Source: Candidatus Latescibacterota bacterium
GTDB taxonomy: Bacteria > Latescibacterota > UBA2968 > UBA8231
Assembly (NCBI GenBank): GCA_965215195.1
Contig: CBDCDC010000002.1
Span: 1,248,001-1,312,000, forward strand
Direction: 5' to 3'
Length of the DNA stretch: 64,000 nucleotides
Shown: positions 20,456 through 29,227 of the stretch, piece after piece
Layout: each line of letters opens with the position of its first letter
Position numbering within the stretch: position 1 is the first letter of the stretch
Notes under the pieces: generated by a model
Database searches by the model: none
Told to the model about the DNA's origin: nothing
The model's input: the letters and a program-made list of their open reading frames with translations, nothing else
Position numbers and translations under genes: made by a program

Positions 20456-22186
20456 ATGATAGTCAAGGAATTTGCCATGCGCTTCGCCCGGTACATCAAA
20501 CCGTACTGGTGGCAAAGTTCAATCGTATTCGCCTTCATGGTCTTGGCAACGGCCAGTTCGCTCGCCTTCCCCTATATCCTGATGGTCCTCATCGACGAGG
20601 CCCTGCCCGACGAGGACTACTATTTATTGGGCATCCTGCTGGCCACGCTATTCGGTATCATCGTCTTGAACATAATCAGCGTTTTTATTGCCGAGTATCT
20701 GTATCGCTGGGTCGGCAACCTCGTCGTGTTTGAGATGCGGAGCGAGTTGTTCAGCCACCTGCTGCGCCTGCCGCTAAGTTTCTTCAAACGCAACAAGACC
20801 GGGGATATCGCTCACCGGCTCAACAACGATGTGCAGATCGTCCAGAAAACGCTCACTTCCGGCGTACTGAAGCTCATCAACAGCGTGCTGACTTTGGTCA
20901 GTTTGGGGGCGGTGCTGATATGGCTAGACGCTCCCCTTTTCTTTGGCCTGAGCCTGCTCGTGCCCTGCTTCATCGTGAACCTCAAGTACTTCCAGCCCAA
21001 AGTAGGCAAGGTGGCCGAGGCAACCCAACACAAGACTTCGGATATACTGGGGTTTTTTATCGAGCGTTTCGACAACATCAAACTCGTCCAGTCGTACAAC
21101 ACATACCGACACGAGAGCGACAAGTTGGGCCGACGACAGAGTGAGTTGTTCGATCTGGAAATGCGTAGCACTGCGTTGAATCTTTCCGCTGGTTCCATCG
21201 CGTCCTTTATCATGTCCTTGGCTCCTGTTGTCATCCTCGGTTGGGGAGGGCATCAAGTCATGCAGGGCGCACTCGGCTTGGGGGCGCTAATCGCCTTTTT
21301 CCAATACTTCATGCGCATTTTCGGACCCTTGGAGAGCCTGAATCAACTGTACATAGATTGCGTCCGGGCGTCGGTTTCTCTGCGGCGAATTGTGGAATTC
21401 ATGGACGTACCGGCGGAGGTTGACGCAGAGCCGGAGCGGGCCAAACCCTTCTCGTTCAAGAATAAGATAGTGTTCAAAGGCGTGGATTTTGCCTACAACG
21501 GGCACCCTGTACTCAGCCGTTTTGATTTGGAGATTGAAAAGGGCAAGACCTACGCGCTCGTCGGGGCGAGCGGTTGCGGCAAAAGCACGGTTGTCGATCT
21601 GTTGTGCCGTTTTTACCAGCCGCAAAAAGGCGAGATCGCCATAGACGACGCGCCTTGCCGGGCCTTTGGTCTGGGCAAGTACCGGGACCGCATCGGCTTG
21701 GTGTCGCAAGAAGCGCAACTCTTCCGCGATTCGGTGCTCGAAAACATACGCTATGGCCGGTTGGAAAGTTCCAAAGAAGAGATCGAACGCGCGGCCGAGG
21801 AACTCGATATCAACGGTGCAGCCATCCACGCGTCCGAGGACTCCTTGGCGACGGTATGCGACTCCAAAGCCAACCTGTCGGGTGGACAGAAACAGCGGAT
21901 AGCCCTAGCGAGGGCCGTGCTGAAAAACCCCGAGATCATCGTACTGGACGAGGCGACTTCAGCTCTCGACTCGGAGAGCGAGGAGAAGCTGTTGCGCCGG
22001 CTCAAGGGCCAAGCCGACGACAAGACGGTCATCATCGTCAGCCACCGGCTCAGTGCCGTTAGGGAGGTCGATGAGATCGTCTGCATGGACGAGGGGAAAA
22101 TTGTCGAGAAAGGCACTCATGCCGAATTGATGGAGAAAAAAGGCCACTATTGGGAACTGTTCAAAACCCAGATTGCGAACAATTAA
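20456..22186 (+). CDS. ABC exporter, fused permease/ATP-binding (no C39 domain)
   Basis: TM domain, GASGCGKS, LSGGQKQR, LDEATSALD. Confidence 0.95.
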   Translation: MIVKEFAMRFARYIKPYWWQSSIVFAFMVLATASSLAFPYILMVLIDEALPDEDYYLLGILLATLFGIIVLNIISVFIAEYLYRWVGNLVVFEMRSELFSHLLRLPLSFFKRNKTGDIAHRLNNDVQIVQKTLTSGVLKLINSVLTLVSLGAVLIWLDAPLFFGLSLLVPCFIVNLKYFQPKVGKVAEATQHKTSDILGFFIERFDNIKLVQSYNTYRHESDKLGRRQSELFDLEMRSTALNLSAGSIASFIMSLAPVVILGWGGHQVMQGALGLGALIAFFQYFMRIFGPLESLNQLYIDCVRASVSLRRIVEFMDVPAEVDAEPERAKPFSFKNKIVFKGVDFAYNGHPVLSRFDLEIEKGKTYALVGASGCGKSTVVDLLCRFYQPQKGEIAIDDAPCRAFGLGKYRDRIGLVSQEAQLFRDSVLENIRYGRLESSKEEIERAAEELDINGAAIHASEDSLATVCDSKANLSGGQKQRIALARAVLKNPEIIVLDEATSALDSESEEKLLRRLKGQADDKTVIIVSHRLSAVREVDEIVCMDEGKIVEKGTHAELMEKKGHYWELFKTQIANN

Positions 22187-22202
22187 AAAAAGGGAGACCA
22201 GG

Positions 22203-24140
22203 ATGAATACCAATGAGAAGTTGCAGACGCTCGACTTTACCCGTTTGACCGGACGCGGGGTCAAGGTCGCGGTAGTTGACAGCGGTATTGAACCCAATCA
22301 TCCCAAGATCGGCCCTATTGCCGGCGGAGTTGGTTTATATGCGCTTGCCGAGGGCGGTATCCAACGCGAGGACGATTTCTCTGACCGGGCCGGTCACGGT
22401 ACGGCCTGCGCGGGCATTATCCGCAAACTGGCCCCGGAAGCCGAACTCTACGGGGTACGCGTTTTTGACGAGTCTCTGACCACGGATGGGCAGTCGCTGG
22501 TCGCAGCCGTTGCTTGGGCCATAGAAGAGGGCATGGACGTAGTCAATCTCAGTTTAGGGACGATTGACCCCGCGTACAAGAGGCCCTTGGCGGAGATATG
22601 CCGCAAGGCCGTGGAAGCCAATCTGATTCTGGTGGGTTCCCAGCACAACGAGGGCATGGAAAGCTATCCAGCGGAATTAGCCGACGTAATCGGCGTCACT
22701 TGGGGAAAAATCTACGACCGCTACGGGTACTACTACCGGCGCGGGCAGGCCATTGAGTGCGTGGCGCGGGGCGATCAGCAGCGTCTGTGCTGGCTGGACG
22801 GAGGAGAGACGATCACCGGCGGAACCAGTTTTGCCGCGCCCCACATAGCGGGGATTGTCGCCTTAATCCGCCAACGCTTTCCCGGAGCGGGGTTGACCCA
22901 AGTACGGGAGATTTTGGCGGCAAATGCCTTAGAGTCGGAGGGGCCTGTCGCGTCGGATATCGCTGTCGAACGGCCGGGTTTTCCCAGCTACGAGTGGATC
23001 GACCGGGCGGCCCTGTATCCGTACAACAAGGAAATGCACGCGCTGGTGCGCCACGCGAAGCATTTGCATTTCACCATCGCTGGCATCGCCGATCCGGTCG
23101 GCAAAGGTCTGGTCGGCAAGGACGCCGGCGAGGCTATTGGCGTTGAGCCGTTAGGTGTGCGCATTGTCCCCAAACTCGAGGACGCGCTACGGGGAGCCGA
23201 TACCCTCGTGTTGGGGTACGTCGATCAGCTATCTCAGTTGAGCAAAAAGGACTTGCTGCGCGAGGCCATACAGACGGCGTTGGAGCGGGGGCTCAATGTG
23301 TTCAGCTTCCTAGCGGTTGATCCAGAGACCTACGCCGACTTGTACGATTTGGCGCAGAGCAAGGGGTTGCGTTTGGAGTTCCCGGATTTCGATTTCGCCG
23401 ATGTCCAAAGGTGCCTTGCAGCCCAAGGCTCCGAGCGCACCGTGGATGTGCCGGTGGTCGGGGTTTTCGGCACGAGCTCCCAACAGGGCAAGTTCACCTT
23501 GCAACTCGCATTGCGGCAAAAGCTGATTGAGCAAGGATACACAGTTGGTCAACTGGGCACCGAGCACCATTCGGCCCTGTTCGGGATGGATTTTTCCTTC
23601 CCCATGGGCTACGCCGCGCCCAGAGACCTGCCGTTGCAATACTACGGTCCGTACTTAGACCACAAGATGCGCGAGATTAACGCGGCGAAAAAACCGGATA
23701 TCATCTTAGTCGGCTGTCAGTCGGGCACCATACCCTATGATGTCGCCAACCACAACTCCCATACCGAGCCGTCGATCCACTTCCTGTTGGGGACCAAACC
23801 AGACGCCTGCATTTTAGTGGTCAACAGCACGGATTCGGATGCGTATATCCAAGACACCATGGATGGCATACGCATATTGGGCAAAGCCCCGGTCGTATTG
23901 CTGGCGATGAGCGACAAGGAGAAACACGCCCGGTCGGTCTATGGCAAAACTTGGGTTTCCTCTCGTCAGATGAGCGAGGGTGAGATAAAGGGCCACTTGG
24001 AGCGCTTAGAGGCTTCGTTTGGCTTGCCAGTGGTGGCGATTGTTGCCGAGGAGGGGCAGCAGCGAATGGTCGATATTGTCGTCAACCATTTTGCCGCAGA
24101 GAGTCGGCCAGCGTCCGAAGAGATTAAAAAGGCCGGGTAG
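22203..24140 (+). CDS. S8 (subtilisin) peptidase fused to DUF1611/TIGR04066-like domain
   Basis: VAVVDSG / GHGTACAG / GTSFAAP triad; C-terminal YPYNKE, GKDAG, GTSSQQGKFTLQLALR...GYTVGQLG; no signal peptide. Confidence 0.85.
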   Translation: MNTNEKLQTLDFTRLTGRGVKVAVVDSGIEPNHPKIGPIAGGVGLYALAEGGIQREDDFSDRAGHGTACAGIIRKLAPEAELYGVRVFDESLTTDGQSLVAAVAWAIEEGMDVVNLSLGTIDPAYKRPLAEICRKAVEANLILVGSQHNEGMESYPAELADVIGVTWGKIYDRYGYYYRRGQAIECVARGDQQRLCWLDGGETITGGTSFAAPHIAGIVALIRQRFPGAGLTQVREILAANALESEGPVASDIAVERPGFPSYEWIDRAALYPYNKEMHALVRHAKHLHFTIAGIADPVGKGLVGKDAGEAIGVEPLGVRIVPKLEDALRGADTLVLGYVDQLSQLSKKDLLREAIQTALERGLNVFSFLAVDPETYADLYDLAQSKGLRLEFPDFDFADVQRCLAAQGSERTVDVPVVGVFGTSSQQGKFTLQLALRQKLIEQGYTVGQLGTEHHSALFGMDFSFPMGYAAPRDLPLQYYGPYLDHKMREINAAKKPDIILVGCQSGTIPYDVANHNSHTEPSIHFLLGTKPDACILVVNSTDSDAYIQDTMDGIRILGKAPVVLLAMSDKEKHARSVYGKTWVSSRQMSEGEIKGHLERLEASFGLPVVAIVAEEGQQRMVDIVVNHFAAESRPASEEIKKAG

Positions 24141-24169
24141 TGATGCTTCGGCTAGCTTTCGCTAGCACA

Positions 24170-24420
24170 TGTCGACTGGATTGAACTGATCGCTGGCGGT
24201 CTTCTGCTGTTAGACATTTGGCCGCGCAGCAATGCGTTGGTCGTGTTCGGGCTATTGGTGGTTTTCAGCACGGCACTGGGCATCAATATGTACCGCGGCA
24301 ACGATGTGACGTGCGGTTGTTTTGGGGGCGACGGAGGAGCTTCGCTGACTTGGACTTTGTTGCGCGACCTACTTTTGGCGGGGGAGCTATGGTGCTGCTG
24401 GTGCGGAAGGAGCAGAAAAA
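24170..24420 (+). pseudogene. MauE/DoxX 3' remnant
   Basis: closely matches ~5319-5565 (CGCFG) with frameshift. Confidence 0.8.
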
Positions 24421-24482
24421 TACTACACGACGGAGCCACCATTCAAGATGGAATCCAACGGATGTGCCGGAGGTTATAGACC

Positions 24483-24561
24483 ATGGATAGAAGAAGGCTG
24501 GAACACCGCATTAAGGAGAGGGTCGTCAAGGCACTAGAACTCGACATTGCACCTAGCGATA
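24483..24561 (+). pseudogene. acyl carrier protein 5' remnant truncated by IS
   Basis: GGAGG RBS, MDRRRLEHRIKERVVKALELDIAPSDI aligns to the 4397 ACP. Confidence 0.65.
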
Positions 24562-24770
24562 TAGCAATCCTAAATCATTTAAGAGCTAATGTATATTGCA
24601 TCAATTTTGGAAAATGGAAGTATTTTTTTCGTCGAATGCCCTTTACGAACAGGTCTTTGATCGGTTCAAAACAGGTCGTCGACAGCGCATGGGTACGAAC
24701 AAAGGTCTTGCCTTGTAACCAGATGTCCTCGACCGGATTTTCTTGCGGGGTATACGGGGCCAATCGCGTA
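24562..24770 (-). mobile_element. IS630-family transposase 3' remnant
   Basis: APYTPQENPVEDIW (PxYSPELNPIE-like); element end abuts a TA dinucleotide. Confidence 0.7.
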
Positions 24771-24777
24771 CCGTCTA

Positions 24778-24903
24778 GGCCGCGTCATACGGGGCGGCGA
24801 CTTTATGGCTCCTGTCATATACCTGCGGTCAGCGAGCCGCAGGGCTAGTGAACCCGACGAACGTGATTATAGCACTGGTGTGCGCCTTTTGAAGATGCGT
24901 TGA
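24778..24903 (+). pseudogene. FGE-sulfatase gene 3' remnant
   Basis: RVIRGGDFMAPVIY...VRLLKMR* homologous to the end of 12512-13498. Confidence 0.75.
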
Positions 24904-24969
24904 GCTTTGTGCTCGTTACAAGGATGAGGAGGAGGCATTCGGCCGCTAGTAGGGAAGGAGATCATTGCC

Positions 24970-25098
24970 ATGAATGCCGCTAAGGTGCCCGTTTCGTTTG
25001 TCGTGGACGACGCCTACTGGCACTATAGCGACAAAGGAGACGAAGAGGCGACGGAGCAGTGTATCCAAGACTGGCTGAACCGGTACTTCACTTCGTAA
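24970..25098 (+). pseudogene. thioredoxin-fold gene with large in-frame deletions (42 aa)
   Basis: MNAAK joined to VPVSFVVDDAYWHYSDKGDEEATEQCIQDWLNRYFTS. Confidence 0.8.
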
Positions 25099-25121
25099 AC
25101 GGCGATTCCGCAACCCGCAGA

Positions 25122-26882
25122 TTAGTGTCCCGCCGCATCGTCCACCGCTTGATACGCAACCATCTCCCAGCCGTGAAACACCACCGCCAAGCCAATATGC
25201 CGCACCGACGGGTGGCGGCGGCGCAGGGACGGGTCTGCCAAATAGCCGCGCACCTGAAGCACGGCCTCCTGCACCTTGTCCGCCACAACGGATTCGTCGA
25301 GCGACTCGCTTCGTTTCACATACTTCAGTTCCAACACATAGCCGAAACCCACGTCAGGGTATTGGGCGAGGAACGGCTCCAAATACAAATCCGCGTACCC
25401 CTTGTTCAGTTCGTACTCCGAGTGCAGTAGAAACTGATCCACCAGGCTCAAGTGGGCGGCGACAAAACCGTGAATCACCTTCTCGCCATCCATGTAGTCG
25501 CGGATGCCGGTTTGCTCGGCGAGGGCATCGCGCAAAAAATCCAAGGCCGGCCGCCAAGCGCCGTCGTAGGCCATCTGGCGCATCAGACGGGAGAAGGTGT
25601 ACCCATCGACGGAGAACACGTCCACATCGTCGTAGGCATCGCGCAGGTAGCCGTACATTAGCCGCTTGACCGTTTGATTGGGAATGCCCAGCCGGGGCAC
25701 TCCGTGCGCCACGGCGCGAATGCTGAGCAGGCCGAAGTAATACAGCAGGGACAGGAAGTTTTCGCGTTGGTCTAACTGTTCTAGCGGAAAACTGATTTGA
25801 ATGTCACTCTCGGCGGTCTGCTCGCCGATGATGTGGCGCAGCAGGTCGAAGTTGCCGTTGAGTTGGCGGTTGACCGTCAGCAGGTGGCGCAACTTGCCGT
25901 AGTCGATGCGCACGTTGGTGTCGAGCAATTCCCGCGGTCCCCGTTTGTTCGGCATGGATTTGTGTAAAAAGTAGAGGACCATGTCGGTGTTGTAGAGGTC
26001 GCCCTCGGCCTCATCGGCGAAGCGATAGCCGTTGTACCACTCGCGCATCACCGCCAGCACGGCTTCGACATCCTGATTGAACACGCCGCAGTCGCGGTAT
26101 AGCTCCAGCACCTCCCGCACCTCGGCCTCGGTGAAGCCGAGCATGTTGTTGAACTCTGGTTCCAAGCTGATGTTGCTGCCGATATTGAAGCCGCTGGTGA
26201 CGTCGTCCATGGTAATCGGCGACACGCCGGTGATGAACAACCGCTCCAAGCCGCCGCTTCGCCCGGCTCCGGCCTTCAGCACGGCAAAAAAATTGCGATA
26301 GAAACCACCACCGTGGGTGAAGGACTGGTAGGCTTCGGCCCCGCGATGCGCCAGCACGGTGTTGGCAAAATTGTCGTACTCGTCGATGAGCACATACAGC
26401 GGAATGCCATGGTCACCCGCGTACAGAAACAGCGCGGCGAGCTTGGCGTCAATGGAGGGCGGCGAGAGAATGCGTTGTCTCGCCTCTTGGGGAAACAGAT
26501 CTCGATTGCGCCTGAGTGCGTGGTCGAGTTCCAAGTGACAGTACATCTCAAAGCGTTCCCGCAGGGTTTCTAAGGTGTCATCGAACGCCGAAAAGTCAAA
26601 GCGCAGGACGACGTAGCGATGGCGGTTTTCCGTCGGCTGCCGCCCCAAATACGTGCCGCCGAAGATAGCCTCAAATTCATCGGCGCGGGTGCGGTCGTAG
26701 TAGTTTTCCAGCAGGGACACCCAGCAGGACTTGCCAAAGCGACGCGGACGAATCAGAAAGACGTAGCGTTCCTCTTCTAAGGCGTGGACAAAGCGGGTCT
26801 TATCGACGTAGAGGCGGTTTTCCAAGCGGATGGCGCGGAAATCAGCCCAACCGTAGGGAATGCGCGGGTAGGATGCGGCCAT
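25122..26882 (-). CDS. AAA-ATPase-like + PD-(D/E)XK nuclease domain protein (paralog)
   Basis: same motifs as 14327-16093. Confidence 0.9.
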   Translation of the reverse strand: MAASYPRIPYGWADFRAIRLENRLYVDKTRFVHALEEERYVFLIRPRRFGKSCWVSLLENYYDRTRADEFEAIFGGTYLGRQPTENRHRYVVLRFDFSAFDDTLETLRERFEMYCHLELDHALRRNRDLFPQEARQRILSPPSIDAKLAALFLYAGDHGIPLYVLIDEYDNFANTVLAHRGAEAYQSFTHGGGFYRNFFAVLKAGAGRSGGLERLFITGVSPITMDDVTSGFNIGSNISLEPEFNNMLGFTEAEVREVLELYRDCGVFNQDVEAVLAVMREWYNGYRFADEAEGDLYNTDMVLYFLHKSMPNKRGPRELLDTNVRIDYGKLRHLLTVNRQLNGNFDLLRHIIGEQTAESDIQISFPLEQLDQRENFLSLLYYFGLLSIRAVAHGVPRLGIPNQTVKRLMYGYLRDAYDDVDVFSVDGYTFSRLMRQMAYDGAWRPALDFLRDALAEQTGIRDYMDGEKVIHGFVAAHLSLVDQFLLHSEYELNKGYADLYLEPFLAQYPDVGFGYVLELKYVKRSESLDESVVADKVQEAVLQVRGYLADPSLRRRHPSVRHIGLAVVFHGWEMVAYQAVDDAAGH

Positions 26883-26984
26883 GGCGGCTCCTCAAACGAG
26901 GGGATGGTCCTGAGCGTAACGATTGAGCGCAACCAGCGCAACGTGTGCATGGCTGCCGCAGCGGCGAGCGCACTTTTAACGCAC

Positions 26985-27177
26985 TACGTCCCTTTTGACG
27001 CACTTGATCTAACCTATTGTAAAGACGTGAGATAGGCGCAAAGTGGAGCATTAGGTGCGTCGAAAGGGTGCAATCACAGCGCGATTCATCATCTTGTATG
27101 AAATACTCCGATTTCTTGTAACTATTTGTCTATCAGTCAGTTATGTCTTTTTAAGTCGGTTTGGCACGGAATGTGCT
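26985..27177 (+). promoter_or_regulatory. sigma-54 promoter 4 with enhancer boxes
   Basis: boxes 26985-27002 and 27056-27072; TATCAGTCAGTTA 27131-27143; TGGCACGGAATGTGCT 27162-27177. Confidence 0.85.
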
Positions 27178-27590
27178 TATATAGTAGGTGAGCACGAAAG
27201 TAAGCCGTTGTTGGTCTCAGACGCTACGGCGCAGAGACCGACGGGCAGGCTTTCCATCCACCCCATAAGAGGAGGGAACAATGAACCGCTTTTATCAACA
27301 TCCGCTCTCGCCTGCTTGGACAACGGCTCGCTCTCGTGCTGCGCTGGTAGAGCCATCGTCAAAGTCGAGAAGGTATGTAGCCATGAGCCTGCACAAGTCC
27401 GTGATCTACGGCCCGGCCATGCGAAGCCGCGCAGGCATTTGCCGCTGTCGGCTGCTGTTCCTTCTCGCGCCATGACAACGCCTTTACCGGCATCACTTAG
27501 GGCTACCCATCAGGAGGCCCTGTCGCGACGCCCTTGGCGTCACCACTTGGTTCGATAGAACCACCTACTTATTACTCAAGGAGCATAGCT

Positions 27591-27722
27591 ATGATCGCTC
27601 TGCACAAGCCCGAACGCGCCACCTACGGCCAAGCCGTCGAGGCCCAGTATGAATACCAGAACATGGTATGCGACGCATATGATGCTAGGTGCTGGGATCC
27701 GGGGCACAGAAGGTGCTGCTAG
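27591..27722 (+). CDS. Cys-rich precursor peptide 4 (43 aa) MIALHKPERATYGQAVEAQ-YEYQNMVCDAYDARCWDPGHRRCC
   Basis: AAGGAG RBS; C-terminal part of track ORF 27534-27722. Confidence 0.9.
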   Translation: MIALHKPERATYGQAVEAQYEYQNMVCDAYDARCWDPGHRRCC

Positions 27723-27933
27723 GGAGAACAAACTTCGCGACGGCCCGGCTGTCACCACTTGGTTCGATAGAACCTCTCATCCTTGACTAAGCGGGCCGTT
27801 GACTCTGGCGAGTAGGCCGTGGGTCTCAGCGAACACGGTCTACTCCGCCGGCCTTCGGACTCTGAAAGATCGTAGTTCCTTTAGTCCATTCATTGGTATG
27901 GGTCAGACACCAACCATTCACAGGGAGGATGCT

Positions 27934-29049
27934 ATGAACAAGCGGATACATTTTATCGCGGGCGTCGGCACTATGGCGCTATGCGCCGGGTGCAGCGACG
28001 TGCCAGAAGGCCGGATAGAGATTACCCCGCCAGCGGCCGATCTTGCCTTCGACGAGACGTTCGTCAAGGACCGGGACATTCATCTCAACATGCCCGAAGG
28101 CGTCGTTTTGGGCAGAATCGGCCACATGGTAGTCGATTCCAAAGGCAATCTCATCGTTAGGGACCCTATTCAGGATATAGTTTTCCAGACCGATGCTGAG
28201 GGCCATTACTTGCGGCAGATCGGGGCACGAGGGGGAGCAGAGGGCGAGTACTTCATGGTCCTCAAGATACTGCTGGCCCCAAACGACGATCTCTATATCC
28301 ACAGTGCAGGGGAAGGCATGAAGTATCTAGTCTTTTCCGGCGACTCATATACGTTCAAGCGGGAGGCTCCAGACCCTAACCCTGCGTACGTTGACCATGT
28401 CATATTCACCGCAGGAGGCAACATATACGCCTCGGAAGTGGACAGCGAATACGCCCTGTCCCGCCTCGACGACCACTTCAATAAGGTGGACCGCATGTAC
28501 CCTGTCCAAGACACGCGGACAGGACAGGCGCTGAACCGCTTCCACAACACCGTCCTTACTCCCAAGAGGGGAGGTGGCTTCTACTTTATGTATCCGACCT
28601 CCTACGAGATTTACCAATACAGCGAGCAGGGCGAGTTGGAACAGACCTTGTTTAGCGACTACCGCTCCAAGCATCGGGACGGGATCAAACCCTTTCCCCC
28701 CAACTTGAACCCGTACGATTGGAATCCCAAAATTGAAGCGTGGTTCGCCGAGCACATCGTCCGCAGCCAGCTTTTTGAATGCGATCCCGACTTGCTGATC
28801 CTCAAGCAATACAGGCGGGAGGTGGGCGGCGAGTGGAAATACTATCTAAACATCCTAGACAAGGACGGCCATTCGATCGCCGATGGGATCAGCGTACCCG
28901 CCAAGCACACACCGCTGACGGTTGACGGCCGTGAGTTGTATTTCGAGGTAGAGGGCGCGTTCGACGAGGAGACCGGCAAGGTAGGCGATCCGTATGTAGC
29001 TGTCTATCGGCTCGCCAATGATCGCAAAGTAGCCTTTAGCCGCTTGTAG
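27934..29049 (+). CDS. beta-propeller lipoprotein 4
   Basis: GGAGG RBS, CAGC lipobox-like motif, paralog. Confidence 0.85.
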   Translation: MNKRIHFIAGVGTMALCAGCSDVPEGRIEITPPAADLAFDETFVKDRDIHLNMPEGVVLGRIGHMVVDSKGNLIVRDPIQDIVFQTDAEGHYLRQIGARGGAEGEYFMVLKILLAPNDDLYIHSAGEGMKYLVFSGDSYTFKREAPDPNPAYVDHVIFTAGGNIYASEVDSEYALSRLDDHFNKVDRMYPVQDTRTGQALNRFHNTVLTPKRGGGFYFMYPTSYEIYQYSEQGELEQTLFSDYRSKHRDGIKPFPPNLNPYDWNPKIEAWFAEHIVRSQLFECDPDLLILKQYRREVGGEWKYYLNILDKDGHSIADGISVPAKHTPLTVDGRELYFEVEGAFDEETGKVGDPYVAVYRLANDRKVAFSRL

Positions 29050-29227
29050 AGCGGCCAGAAGTTCTTAGGAGCGGCAGTCCGGTTGTGCATACTCGTTGCC
29101 CCTTGTCGCCGGCCATTGCCCCGATCCACTCCGTGCTTTTATCCCAAAGCACCGCGCCTTATAATTGCGGGAACGCGAGTGCGTCGATGTATGGCATGGT
29201 ACCCATTTACAGAAATGAGGCGCGATA

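Noticed and set aside
27055-27558. ORFs spanning the promoter repeats (also 16266-16559, 10467-10775, 7039-7392)
   Set aside because: They overlap enhancer and promoter elements and their frames are not conserved between copies
7488-27722. Diversity-generating retroelement as source of core variation
   Set aside because: No reverse transcriptase in the window; cores differ at all bases and in length, not only at adenines
7440-27774. CRISPR-like reading of the GGTTC-ATAGAACC repeats flanking variable sequence
   Set aside because: Only pairs about 200 bp apart, separated by kilobases; the intervening DNA is a coding precursor; no cas genes
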